Assembly (NCBI GenBank): GCA_965153285.1
Contig: OZ229115.1
DNA length: 64,000 nt
Strand: one strand, 5' to 3'
Source of the DNA: Podarcis tiliguerta
Lineage: Eukaryota
In this document: positions 49,330 through 61,586 of the stretch, one piece after another
Layout of the letters: each line of letters opens with the position of its first letter
How positions within the stretch are numbered: the first letter of the stretch is position 1
Notes under the pieces: model-generated
Database searches by the model: none
Told to the model about the DNA's origin: nothing
What the model saw: the letters and a program-made list of their open reading frames with translations, nothing else
Program-made: the position numbers and the translations under genes

Positions 49330-49694
49330 GTGGTGCCTCGCAAGACGAAAAGAATCCGTTCCGCGAGTCTTTTCGTCTTGCGGTTTTTTCGTCTTGCGAA
49401 GCAAGCCCATTGACGGAGTAGCGCTATTAGCGCTATTGACATTTTAAGGGCTAAAAACAGCTTTTTAAGGCTTGGGGGATTAGCGGTTTTGCTGCTAAAA
49501 TGCTTTTAGCAGCTTAGCGATTCAGAAAAAGGGGTTTTGGAGCGGAAAACCCCCCCGAAAATTTTCGTCAATTTTCGTCTTGCGAAGCAAGCCCATAGGG
49601 AAATTCGTCTTGCGAAGCGCCTCTGCAGACGGAAAACCCTTTCGTCTTGCGGGTTTTCCATCTTGCGAGGCATTCGTCTTGCGGGGCACCACTG
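49328..49694. mobile_element. Tc1/mariner MITE, third family
   Basis: TIR CAGTGGTGCC.CGCAAGACGAA / TTCGTCTTGCGGGGCACCACTG followed by TA; multiple internal TTCGTCTTGCG repeats. Confidence 0.88.
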
Positions 49695-50298
49695 TATATA
49701 TTCTGAATACACCACAACAAAAGGAATTTTTTTAAAAAAGTAAGTTCAGCTTGCACTATGTAATGACAGTGCACCTGTGTCTCTTTAGATGCTGGGCTAC
49801 GCTTCATACAGACGACTATTGCCTGGGCTGGCTGGGGATGAGGGGAATTGGAGTCCAACAACATTTGGAGGGGCACAAATTATCCATCCTTGCCATAGAG
49901 CCAGTCAGAATCTAAAAATATTTGCTATTAGGAAATCTCCAAAATGCTGACCAGAGTTGCTTGTAGACTGTCACAACACCAGCATTTTATCATTTTAACA
50001 AACAAACATCAAAGGTTTTATGAGACACCACTGAGTACAGAATACATTTTCTGACCTAGACCGTAGGCCAATAGATTATGAGATTACCAATTTAAGGGTT
50101 ACCCTCCACTGTGACTGTTCAATGTTTTACCCTGAAATCTCAACCCACTTAGCTCTCAAATAGTCCATGTCAGGCCATCTTTGGCGGATTGCGCAAGATT
50201 TCAGTTTGCCTTGAGAGAAAAAGAAAAACCTTTTAAAAAAGAGAGGTTTTCTTTGGAGGTTCAAAGGCACCTCTTTGCTCTGGCCTAACCTCTTGAAA

Positions 50299-50654
50299 TG
50301 GGACGCGGGTGGCGCTGTAGGTTAAACCACAGAGCCTAGGACTTGCCTATCAGAAGGTTGGCGGTTCGAATCCCCGCGATGGGGTGAGCTCCCGTTGCTC
50401 GGTCCCAGCTCCTGCCAAGCTAGCAGTTCGAAAGCACCTCAAAGTGCAAGTAGATAAATAGGTACCGCTCCGGCGGGAAGGTAAACGACATTTCTGTGTG
50501 CTGCTCTGGTTTGCCAGAAGAGGCTTAGTCATGCTGGCCACATGACCCGGAAGCTATACGCCGGCTCCCTCGGCCAATAAAGCGAGATGAGCGCCGCAAC
50601 CCCAGAGTCGGTCACGACTGGACCTAATGGTCAGGGGTCCCTTTACCTTTACAT
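50299..50654 (+). mobile_element. Full-length Sauria SINE
   Basis: GGGACGCGGGTGGCGCTG head; (CCTTTA) tail; 13-bp TSD TAACCTCTTGAAA (50286-50298 / 50655-50667). Confidence 0.95.
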
Positions 50655-51764
50655 TAACCTCTTGAAAAGGCATAAACATATCTGGTCAAATTAAGCATTA
50701 GCTGTTTCTACGACCACAGGGACATGCTGCAAATTCAACAAAGACCTCTTAGTTGGACCTAAATGAAATGAAGTTAAAATACCACAATCAGCCCACCAGC
50801 TTTCAGCTGACACATATAGGCTAGAGTTTTCCATAAGGTTAAATCTGGATATGACTATGGATTGAAGTGAAGCTGAATTTGCAGTAGCTAATAGGGGCAC
50901 TTAATGCTTATGTCACATTCTTATTTTGTGGTTGGGGTTCCATAGCATACTGGCAAATTCAGGTTGGGCAATTAAAGTGGATTTGGAGCCCTAGTGCAAT
51001 AAACCTGCTTTCCCACCCACCCCAAAATTGACTTCTCCCATAAGGAAAATGCATTGAAAACTGCTTGATGCAACAAATCAAAATGAAGGCTCAATAAATA
51101 GCCAATGTCACATATCTTCCACGCAAGCTGTGCAAACAAATCAAGCTGAATGCTTAATAAAAGAGCTGTCATTGACCAAATCAGAATCCACTATATTATA
51201 AAGAAACTTTGTTTCTTCATAAATATATTATCTTGCCATCTACCCTCACTGATTCTAACCATATCTGTGAGCTTCAATATGCATACTATGTCCTAGATTT
51301 TAGTTATCCATTATCTCATGGACAGTGTTCATATTTTTTCATGAGAAATAATAATTCTGGCAGTGGTCAAGAGATGTTGTATTAATTCCATGTCCTGCAT
51401 AAGTAAAGTTTCTTTAACATATCCAGATAGTAAAATTGTAAGATTCACGGGTGAAGCATAGCCTGCTATCACTTCACTTTCCATTGCTTTATCTTCCTCA
51501 ATTTTTAAAATTTATTTTAGGACACATCCAGAATATATGCCATATCCCAGCTCTTGCAGCTTCATACCTCCAACAAGTTTCCCTTGCTGTTCTGCATACT
51601 TAAGATGTTGAGGTGTTAGGTACCAATGGAACATTATGACACCATTTCGCTCAGTATGGTCTACAATCACCATTGATCTTCAAAAGATAGGTTGGATCAG
51701 CTGCTGGGTCACAACCTAATTTAATGTGAGACACAACAGAAGCACTACTACAATACAAATATAT

Positions 51765-51765
<1 letters not shown>

Positions 51766-51804
<39 letters not shown>

Positions 51805-51805
51805 A
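51766..51805. repeat. (GAAA)n microsatellite
   Basis: Direct reading. Confidence 0.95.
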
Positions 51806-52019
51806 GTTCCTAAATGCATGTTTGGGTTAAAGGTGAGTCTGAAAAGGTTTAAGACTACCAGTCTACATTGACAGGCAGCAGCTGTCCAGGTTTTATTTAA
51901 TACATATATATCCTCACTTTCCTCCAAGAAGCTGAAGGCACTTAATTATTAATATTAATAATTAATATTAATAATTAATATTAATAATTATTAATAATAA
52001 TTATTAATAATAATTATTA

Positions 52020-52265
52020 TTGATATTATCCGACCTTCACCAGCAGGTCCCAGGGCATGTTACAACAATTTAAAGTTCAGTATTGAAAACAGTTGAAGCA
52101 AATCACAACCATAGGGATAAGGTAGCTCCTAAGAACACATCTCAGGTGTCAAAGGCCGGGGTAAAGAGGTGCATCTTCCGCATTTGCTGAAAACTAGACA
52201 GTGAAGATGCCAGGTGCGCCTCTCTGGGAGGGAATTCCACAACTTGGGAGCTGCCACAGACACAG
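52020..52265 (-). mobile_element. Old L2 LINE 3' fragment
   Basis: GGGAGGGAATTCCACAA..GCCACAGA parallels GGGAGGGTATTCCACAG..CACTACTGAGAAGGC of the L2 at 60609. Confidence 0.55.
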
Positions 52266-52289
52266 CCTCTCCCCCTTCCTAATTTATCT

Positions 52290-52428
52290 TCCCAAGAACA
52301 CTGTGAGATAGGTTAGGCTGAGAAATACTGACTGGACCAAGGTTACCCAGTAGGCTTCATGCCTGAGCAGGAATTTGAACCCAGGTACCCCAGGTCCTAG
52401 GCCAACACTCTAACCACTACACCACAAC
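52290..52428 (-). mobile_element. Older Squam3/MIR-like SINE fragment
   Basis: GGCTGAGA..TGACTGG..CAAGGT.ACCCAG..CTCTAACCACTACACCACA. Confidence 0.65.
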
Positions 52429-53608
52429 TCTCCCATCTCTCCTTGGAGATGCTGGGGATGGAACCTATGAACTTTTGCATGTAGAGCTGGTGCTGAATCA
52501 CGACCCTTACCCTAAGCAATTCTGGTCTCTTAACACATTTACTGGTAGGATTATATATGGTTGGATAAATCTACCCGGTGGCAGGAGATGCTTCCCATTG
52601 GGGGTTGTGGGCCTGATGCTCTTTGTGCACACCACCAGCTTTCAATATCTGAATGACCTGTTGCCAGTATTAAGTGCCCAGTCATGAAGAGGAAGTAACT
52701 TAGCTAATTCTACTCAAGATTATACACAGAGATGTCTGAAGACCATTGCCTCATAGAGCATTATGATCACCACTTAAATTTGGCAATTAAAGCCACCTTC
52801 CTAGAGGAAGTTAATTTTTTATAAGCTATTTTAGGGTTGACTTTAGATGCTCCTAAAAATTCTATAAAGATGGTGTCTTTCTTGTCAAATTTTATTTCTT
52901 ACTGGCAGTGTTCTTCAAATATAAATAAACATGGGAATAGCATTCATTCTCTGATTGTGAAGCTTGTCTCATAAATTCATTGTTCCAGATTTCTATCTGT
53001 TCAAGTCGGTGGAATCTTTGGCAATGCAGCAAGCTAGATGATGCCTTACCATCTCCCTGATATCTTTAAGGACTTGTTCCCACTTTGCTTATTCTCTGCC
53101 TAGAAAGCATGGATCCAAACAGTTTTGCATTTACCCCACCACTTTACCTGGGAAAACTTGCTTTTTACCACTGAATCGGAGCAAACATCAATCCATGGAA
53201 AATCCGAATGGCATTTGCTCCAGTTCAGTAGTAAAGAGTGGGTTCCACTCACACACAAACTCCGGGGAAAGCTGCAAGGCAAGTGGAAATGTGGGTGAGT
53301 TCTAAGAATTCAAAGGTCCAGTACTTCATATGAAATGAGATGCATTTGCATTGCCAGGTATTAGGCGGCTCAGCAGGAAAACTCTGCCTTTGGTCTCTGG
53401 TTTTGTTCTAGTTAATGGCCATTGCTCTATCCATTCCAAAAGGGTTGATTCTCACACCAGAATTTCAAAGTGCGGAAGATAGAGCACAATGTCCTCTGCA
53501 GATGAAGTAAGACCCCATATTGTCAAATGACACAAATAATATAGTGAATAAAGGGGCACCCTTTTCAACTCTGAAGAAATCTAAGGGAAGCCCGCTAACT
53601 ATTGCTCT

Positions 53609-54157
53609 CAGAGCCGTCTTTCCTATTGGGCTTACTAGCGCGTTGCGCCAGGGCGCTGGCCTCTCAGGGGCACCCCAGTCAGTGGGGGAGCTGTGCGGCT
53701 TTGCCGGAGGCCTCCCCTTTCCCTGCACGCCCGCCAGCTGCACCCCATCAACCATATGGCTGGTGGGCATGCAGCTTGCCTACAGTGGTACTTGGGTTAC
53801 ATACGCTTCAGGTGACAGACTCCGCTAACCCAGAAATAGTACCTCGGGTTAAGAGCTTTGCTTCAGGATGAGAACAGAAATCACGTGGCAGCAATGGGAG
53901 GCCCCATTAGCTAAAGTGGTGCTTCAGGTTAAGAACAGTTTCAGGTTAAGAACGGACCTCCGGAACGAATTAAGTATGTAACCGGAGGTTCCACTGTATA
54001 TGGCTGGCGGGCGTTCAGCTTCCTTCCCAAGCCTCTGTGGGAGGACAGCGATCCCCACAGAGGCTTGGGGAAAGGTAGACAACTCTGGGAAATGGGGGGG
54101 GGGGGGCGCCTGAAGGATCTTTGCGCCACAGTGCCGGATATGCTTAAAACGGCCCCG
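53609..54157. mobile_element. hAT-type MITE hosting a nested Tc1/mariner MITE
   Basis: Ends CAGAGCCGTCTT / AAAACGGCCCCG; perfect 8-bp TSD ATTGCTCT (53601-53608 / 54158-54165). Confidence 0.88.
53783..53996. mobile_element. Tc1/mariner MITE (nested)
   Basis: CAGTGG...CCACTG with TA TSD; same family as 20590. Confidence 0.9.
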
Positions 54158-55074
54158 ATTGCTCTTAATCCAGGATCACACCTCTGATCCAATAAATAAA
54201 CTCTACAAATTGAACATAAATAATGTGCAAATTAGGAAATTCCCATTATTTCCCCTTCTCTGCCCCCCATGCCCTGTTCTAGGTGTTCTCCCACCTGCCC
54301 TAGAGCTAGTTGGAGTGGGGGAGAAGACGGGGGAAAGCCCTCCTGAGCTAGCGAGACTTGTTGCGCTGGCTCCTGCTAGTGCAACTACGATATTTAATTG
54401 AATCCAGTCCCCATCTGGTCTGAAGTGGACCTTTCTCTTTTGATAACGCATCTGCAATGAAGCTATCCTAAATCCAAGCTTTGTGTTCTATGGGAAGGAC
54501 ATGGACTTCCACGGAAAAACAGTCTTAAGAGTGCATCCATGCCACAAACATAGCTCAGGTACTTTCAAGTGCTCAGTTTTTCCTTTTATTCTTACTATAT
54601 TTTGTGGCACACCACTGACAGACCTATGATTGTTTAGTAAAGTGTCGTGCCAAATTCAGAAATATCTAGTAAAATAAGATTTATTATCATCAAAAGTAAG
54701 AGAGCTAAAAGTAACATGTAATCACAAACCAATTCTACTCACTCCCCCAGGACTCCTCCCATTCCTTTATATAACAAGTCTCCATTCCCCCCCAAGTACC
54801 AGGTAAATGTGTGAAAATATAATGAACTGCCTTAAATCTGTGTAACCACATAGATGCTTCAAAGATCCCTAAGAGTCTGTGGGCATGTCAGGTCTAGGAT
54901 CGGGTGCAGATTTTGGCTTCCAAAGAACCCCAGAGGTCGTTGAATAACCCACCCTGAACTCCAGTAAAGAAAAAGGGAAGTGACACCTGTGTATAATTAG
55001 ATCAGAAGTTCTTTGGAAATTGATGTGGAAGTAAGGCCCCCCGGGAATATTTTGTATGAATTTGAAGAACTTTT

Positions 55075-55400
55075 AAAAACGAATATTCAAATGTTATTAA
55101 ATTGCTAGAAGACTGAGCTGTATTTACCCTGGAGCTAATGATGCATGTTAGAGATTGCCCCCAAGTTTATATATTTTTTGGAATATGATTCTTGAAAACA
55201 TAAAAGAAATTACAGGTTATGGTTCCAGCTGACCCCCCTGGTGGTATTACTCTGTTACGTGTGAGTTTTATTAGAGTTATTAAAATTTTTATTAATTTTT
55301 TGATGGCAGCTAGGATGGCCATAAACTACAAAGGGAAACAAAGAAATGTACCCACTTTAATGGAATCGACTTTAAAAGTATAACTTGTGGTATACATCAT
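55075..55400 (+). mobile_element. Highly degenerate L1/Tx1-like ORF2 C-terminal fragment
   Basis: Broken C*K...MH..DCP...FW and AARMAI...P motifs resembling the L1 cysteine-rich C-terminus. Confidence 0.45.
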
Positions 55401-55741
55401 TAAAATAATTAATATTATACGCTTTCTCCTCCCTAAATCCAAAGATTCCCTATGCTTTGAAAATCCGATCAGGAGAGCTACATGGACCAGATTTAAGGAG
55501 GAGGAGAAAGGGTGGGACAGCAGCAGTTGGAGAACACTGCAAGGACGAGGGGGGAACTAAAGGAGACATGAGGGGGTCACAGTCCACATTAAGCAGAGGT
55601 ATGGATGGGTGCTTACTGCTTAGTGTTGTGTACGCATTATAAATTTGAAGAACACTTAAAAGACATTGCTTTGCTCAAAGAATCCTAGGAGATGTAATTT
55701 CCCAGCACCCTTAACAATAATTCCCATGAATCTTTGGAAGT

Positions 55742-56194
55742 CATAGGAGCCAACTCCCAGGAGCTGAAGAGTCTTCACCCCTGCCCAATAAAATATATGA
55801 GGGGGATGTGGCCCCCCAAAGTTGATGAGCATTGCTATTCAAATGGTGTGTGTTATGTACTGAAGTTCTCACCCTGGGCCAGCAGGGGGATACTGCAGAT
55901 AGTTTTCACTCAGGTCCACATATGCAAATAGGGGATTGAAAGTGACGTTCAGTGATTGGATAGTTACAGAAAATGGTTACAGTTGCGTTGTAATGGAGCT
56001 CTATATAAGCAGGCTGGCTGAACCCTTCAGTTCAGTTCTGTTCTGGCCTGTGAATAAAAAAGAGCTGTTTGAAAAATCGCTGTGCCGTATGATATGTTCA
56101 CCCACAACTTAACAGTGTGTGTGCAGCATGTCATGTGATCAGGGAAGCAGCTTACCTGGGCCCCCTCAATCTTTTATCCAAGTTGGCACCCCTG
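55742..56194. mobile_element. hAT-type MITE, middle layer
   Basis: TIR CATAGGAGCCAACT / AGTTGGCACCCCTG; TSD TTGGAAGT / GGGGAAGT. Confidence 0.75.
55851..56114 (+). mobile_element. Solo LTR (264 bp), innermost layer
   Basis: TGTTA...TAACA ends; 5-bp TSD GTGTG; TATATAA and AATAAA; homologous to 45714-45959. Confidence 0.9.
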
Positions 56195-57146
56195 GGGGAA
56201 GTTATGTGCTATAAATGTGCTTTAAATGTAAATTGTGTACGCACCCTCACCCTGCGATCACCAGGAGCAGAGTATAAACCTCAGGCTTAAATATCTCCGT
56301 ACACCCTGAACACCAACTTCTTCCATTTTTGTAAGTTGTAACGTACCAAGGCAGACAATGGCATTTCCCTCATTGTGACAGCAAAACCAGTTTACACCTG
56401 GCTCTTGTAGATAATAGGGCAACTTTCCTCAACTATTCCGTTTTGAGGAGCTCAAGAGATTAGGCTCTCCCCTGCCTCCTTGATACTTTCTGAAACTCCT
56501 GATAGGTATACAAAAGCAAATGGCCCATTCCACAAAATTCTGGCAGCGCCTTACCTCTGATCTCTTGCCAACTGCTTCGAGGTAGATTGGCAGGGAGCGG
56601 TCTGGTGAAAACAGAAGCAACCACAGCAAACACTGCCAGAGCCCACAGTACTGGGCAGGAATGGCATGTTACACAAGCAGCTACCACTGACCTCAAGTTT
56701 CATGCCTTCAGTACTCCAAGTAGGGTGTAAGGTGGCTGAAGGAAACAGCTTTCCTAGTCAAAGAAACTGATAGTTCTCAGCAGGTGATGCTGGAGCATAT
56801 CAGGCTTTGCTAATGTCACGCATGAACTGATTGAGCGGCCACAATACAACATGCCCCAGAATCTTCTGCAATGTGTTCAGCTACCATGGCAGACGTGCAG
56901 ATGTTCCTTAGCCGATGAGTCAATGTAGAACACGTTATCTGAAGGCACAACTCTGAAAACCAGTGCCATAGGACATGCATTGCTGCAGGACATGCAATGT
57001 GGTTGCACAACTTCAGCTCCACTTTCCCAGGGCTGATGATGCGTTTGAGCTTGGAAGGAAACTTAATGAAAATAGTAGCATGGCAAATTATTTGGGCTGT
57101 GTGATTGCATGCCACAAAGCATGCGTTGGAGCTCATTTATTTTCTT

Positions 57147-57496
57147 TGTTGTTGTTGTTTAGTCGTTTAGTCGTGTCCGACTCTTCGTGACCCCATGGAC
57201 CAGAGCACGCCAGGCACTCCTGTCTTCCACTGCCTCCCAAAGTTTGGTCAAACTCATGCTGGTAGCTTCGAGAACACTATCCAACCATCTCATCCTCTGT
57301 CGTCCCCTTCTCCTTGTGCCCTCCATCTTTCCCAACATCAGGGTCTTTTCCAGGGAGTCTTCTCTTCTCATGAGGTGGCCAAAGTATTGGAGCCTCAGCT
57401 TCAGGATCTGTCCTTCCAATGAGCACTCAGGGCTGATTTCCTTAAGAATGGATAGGTCTGATCATCTTGCAGTCCATGGGACTCTCAAGTCTCTCC
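57147..57496 (-). mobile_element. Bov-B (RTE) LINE 3' fragment
   Basis: EGQILKLRLQYFGHLMRREDSLEKTLMLGKMEG..WRALVHGVTKSRTRLND*; (CAA)n tail. Confidence 0.95.
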
Positions 57497-58364
57497 GAGG
57501 CCAAAATTGCTGCATGTTCTATCTATTTTCTTCTTTCCCAATTTAGGGCTTGCTCAATGGCTGCTCCTGACATGGTCTGTAAGAGATGTCTTACCCTAAG
57601 CTGTTTGTGCTGATTAGTCAACACGGGGAGAGGTAGCCAAGTATTGCAAGAGGAAAAATGGCCAATGAACCAGATTTAAACCAACAAATAAACTTTCCAA
57701 AAACTCTCAGGTGCGTTATCTATTACCCTCTTCAAAAGATTTAGTCCTAAGAGTTTCTTTCTGGGTCCTAAATCTGCTCTAGAACATCCAGAGGCAATTT
57801 CAAAGCTTTTAGAAAAATGATTTGGTTTAATCAGGTCAGACTTTGGTTTAAAAAAATAGAATTTATTTATTTGTTAAATTTAAATGGTCTCCATTCAACA
57901 AATGTTTCCTGAGCAGCTTAAGAGCCAAGAGCAAAACAATATATAATTTTTTAAAAAACGAACAAACACGCAATACTTAAAAACAGAAAACAATAAAAAA
58001 AACCCTAGCATTTAGGTAGGTGGAATTTTAGATTCACGTCACTCTTGTGACATATGACAGGTGGAGAAATAGTGACTCCCCAAGGCCACCAGTCAGCTAA
58101 ATAGTTGAACGTGCTTACAGTTGCCAGCTTTGGGCTCTTCTGCTCTGAGAAGAAAAGTGACATTAACTGCATAAGAACTCTCCAGATTTAGATAGGAAAA
58201 AGTGTGGGAAAGCAGGAGGAAAATGCCAGATGGGGAGGAATTAAAGGAGACACAAGGAGTTCACAATCCACATTAAGATGAGGGATAGAGAGGCCTTTTG
58301 TTTCTGTTGGGACTCCTCTGCCTTTAATAGCTACAGAAATGATGCAGGCAAAGCTTTTCATATC

Positions 58365-58706
58365 AATGTCCCTATTTTCCAGAGACAGTCTCAGATTTAC
58401 AGAAGCCATCTTGGTTTCTGATTTGATCCTGGAATGTCCTTCTTTTCCTTAGGATATCCCTATTTTTAAAGGAGAAATGTTAGACGGTATGGAGTTATGT
58501 GACACTTAGACGGTATGGAGTTTAGAAGACATTTGAGGGCAGCCCTGTATAGGGACATTTTTAAATGTTTTATGTTTTATAATGTTTTTATATATGCTGG
58601 AAGTCACCCAGAGTGGTTGGGACAACCCAGTTAGATGGGCATAATAAACATTATTATTATGAAATAGGATGTCCCTATTTTCATCAGAGAAATGTTGGAG
58701 GGTATG
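58365..58706 (-). mobile_element. Second copy of the composite MITE with L2 tail
   Basis: Ends GTTGGAGGGTATG; same modules as 47964-48296 in reverse. Confidence 0.7.
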
Positions 58707-59088
58707 CAGTTCACCTCTATGCTATGTCAAGTTTCTTGGATAAAATTTCAGAATATTGTACACATAAAAGAAGTATGGAAACCAACCCCTGGCAGGGAAA
58801 GATGAAAGCTCTTATTTTCAGGGATTTAAATTAAATCCTATTTCCCAACAGATAGCCACAATACCATATTGCCATTGGCTTTGTGTGTGTCCTTTCCACT
58901 TCAGAAATATATTGAACCTGACTTGTATGCATAAAAATCTATATACCAGTTTTAAATATCTGCAAAACCTACTATGGTATTTTCAAATCATATTAAAAAA
59001 ATGTTATGCTGCATGCAGCATCAAGCATGCAGCATCAAATAACTTTTTAAATAACAAGTGGAAGGAAAACAACTTGTCCTGGATATCA

Positions 59089-59225
59089 NNNNNNNNNNNN
59101 NNNNNNNNNNNNNNNNNNNNNNNNNNNNNNNNNNNNNNNNNNNNNNNNNNNNNNNNNNNNNNNNNNNNNNNNNNNNNNNNNNNNNNNNNNNNNNNNNNNN
59201 NNNNNNNNNNNNNNNNNNNNNNNNN
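59089..59225. other. Assembly gap (137 N)
   Basis: Run of N. Confidence 1.
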
Positions 59226-60172
59226 GAATCAAAGCCACAGTCTTACAAGAATATTAGTTGTCACTTTTTAATGCTAGGTCTACACTGCAAGACACACAGG
59301 CTGAAAAACAGATATTAAGCTGGTGGTTTGATCCATCACTATCTCTACCCCACAAAAAACCTTACAACTGAATTTCTATGTATCACCCAGCCTGCTTGTT
59401 CATAGAACAGGAGCAGGAACAAGGTGGTAACTTTAATCCAACCTTACTTTGCAAATCATTTAATGAATTTCTTAGTTTGCCTAGATTCACTCCAATCAAT
59501 GGATCTGTGAACTGCCCTGAGATCTTTGGATGAAGGGTGGGATACAAATTTAATAAATGGTAATAATAAATCTGGATATTTTCAGAAGAGTTTAACTGAT
59601 AACTACTGTGGGGGAAAGAACATAATTTGCGAGGCTGGTTTGTGGTTATTTGACTGCTGTTTATTTATCTGTTTTGAGAATGTGCTCTTTAATCAGACTT
59701 CACTCAGTTTGCTGCACAGAGCGTCCCTTCCAAGTTAAATTCAACAAGGGCCAAAATACGCATCTCAGAGGAGTTGATCCCAAGGAATGTTGCCTAAACC
59801 AGGGCTCTGCTTGCCATGTTTTGGGCTGACAAAGATTTTAAGAGAATGGATGGGGAATGACCCATGGATCTCAAGGTGGAATTCATTTTATTTTTCAAAG
59901 ACCAAAACTAGGTGCACACATTGCATGGATGGCTTGCACATTCTTTGCACCAGAAGTATATACTCTCATGTATATGTACAATAGACATGGAATACATCAT
60001 ATACCTGACAGGTCCCTTGCATATGAAAGGCTGAACACAGACTTCCACAGCATATAATAAAGGCTAAAGAAGAATGTCGCACACAGATGCATCATAATCA
60101 TAAACAAAGAAAAATATTAGGTTCAACCCTTTTGATTTCAGCCTCTACTATAATTAAACCCAAGGGTAGCAA

Positions 60173-60520
60173 GTCATGGACTGGCTGGATGCAGAGGAAG
60201 GTGGAAGCACCTTGCCAAGGGAAGAAGCGAGGGGACTGGTGGTGGGATGACGATGAGTGGTCAGAGAGAGAAGAGGGAGCAGGCTGGGGGGAGGAGGTGT
60301 TGGAAGTTGAAGAGGTTTAGTGGGCAGGAAGAGTCTGTGGCAGAGAGCAGTCCAGAGGCAGAAGAAGAAGCAGAGGCTGGAGAGGAGGGGAAGCAAAAGA
60401 CAGAGATGAGGCAGGCTGTACTCCCCTCCTGCGGTGACCAGCTTCCCTCCCACCTGACATCCCCAAACCAGAAGAGGTATGATGAGGCTGGAGCAAAGAC
60501 AAGCAAGACAAAGGAGGAGT
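60173..60520 (+). mobile_element. Purine-rich LTR-like repeat fragment
   Basis: Homologous to 33994-34617. Confidence 0.6.
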
Positions 60521-60606
60521 CTTGTCATATGGGCAGCCCAGGACCTCCATACACACTGCCCAGACTTGTTCCCCAGAGCGGTAACTTCGGTGGTGCTAAT
60601 GCAGGA

Positions 60607-60608
<2 letters not shown>

Positions 60609-60648
<40 letters not shown>

Positions 60649-61093
60649 TTATTTATTTATACCCCGCCCATCTGGCTGAGTTTCCCCAGCCACTCTGGGT
60701 GGCTCCCAATCAAGTGTTAAAAACAACACAGCATTCAATATTAAAAACTTCCCTAAACAGGGCTGCCTTCAGATGTCTTTTAAAGATAAGATAGCTGTTT
60801 ATTTCCTTCACATCTGAAGGGAGGGTATTCCACAGTGCGGGCACCACTACTGAGAAGGCCCTATGTCTGGTTTCCTGTAACCTCACTTCTCGCAATGAGG
60901 GAACCGCCAGAAGGCCCTTGCCACTGGATCTCAGTGTCCGGGCTGAACGATGGGGATGGAGACACTCCTTCAGGTATACAGGACCAAGGCCGTTTAGGGC
61001 TTTGAAGGTCAGCACCAACACTTTGAATTGTGCTCGGAAACATACAGGGAGTCAATGCAGATCTCTCAGGACCAGTGTTATGTGGTCCCGGCA
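60609..61093 (-). mobile_element. L2 LINE 3' end (ORF2 C-terminus + tail + (ATT)n)
   Basis: Translation LH*LPVCFRAQFKVLVLTFKALNGLGPVYL...RAFSVVVPALWNTLP...FKRHLKAALF, typical of the L2 clade. Confidence 0.88.
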
Positions 61094-61324
61094 GTCACAG
61101 TTACAAGTTAATAGTCAAACCACTGTGGAAGGTGTAGCAGTCATCACAGTTACCCTCACCATAGTCATCATAGCCGAGATGTGTCTTGTTATATACACCA
61201 GAGTCAGTATTGATTTATTTCTATGTACTTGTATACCATCTGTCTACCACAAGGTACCCAAGGTGGCTCACAAGACCTCTTAACACAAACCATCATGTAA
61301 AGGCAGTTATTAACACCATTAGAA

Positions 61325-61586
61325 TAGAATGTAAGAAGAGTCTGCTGGATCAGGCCCACCTAGTCCAGCATCCTGTTCTCATATTGGCCAATCAGATGCT
61401 TGTGAGAAAACCTGCAAGCAGGAGCTGAACATAAGAAGACTCTCCCCTCACGTTGTTTCCAACAATTGTTGTTCAGTAGCACTACCTTCTCCTAACATGG
61501 AGGTAGATCATAACCATCATGGCTAGGAGCCATTGATAGCCTTATCCTCCAGGAATTTGTCTAATTCTCTTTTAAAGCCATCCAAT
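61325..61586 (-). mobile_element. CR1 LINE 3' end
   Basis: TAAGAAGAGTCTGCTGGATCAGGCC..CTAGTCCAGCATCCTGTTCTC..GAATTTGTCTAAT..TTTAAAGCCATCCAA. Confidence 0.7.

Larger units (their letters stand above)
55623..56246. mobile_element. Old palindromic (Harbinger-like) MITE, outer layer of a nested insertion
   Basis: Left arm GTGTACGCA..TAAATTTGAAGAACACTT..CAAAGAATCC is roughly the reverse complement of the right arm GAATCTTTGG/..GTGCTTTAAATGTA..TGTGTACGCACCC. Confidence 0.6.

Noticed and set aside
49328-49694. CRISPR-like array from the recurring TTCGTCTTGCG units
   Set aside because: Irregular spacing, enclosed by TIRs with a TA target, in a vertebrate intron; these are MITE subterminal repeats.
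54620-55050. Inverted 5' half of the L1-like fragment (twin priming)
   Set aside because: Only vague motif resemblance; not supportable without alignment.
45714-56114. The two LTRs as the paired ends of one 10-kb provirus
   Set aside because: Each LTR has its own distinct 5-bp TSD, their middles differ, and there is no gag/pol sequence between them.
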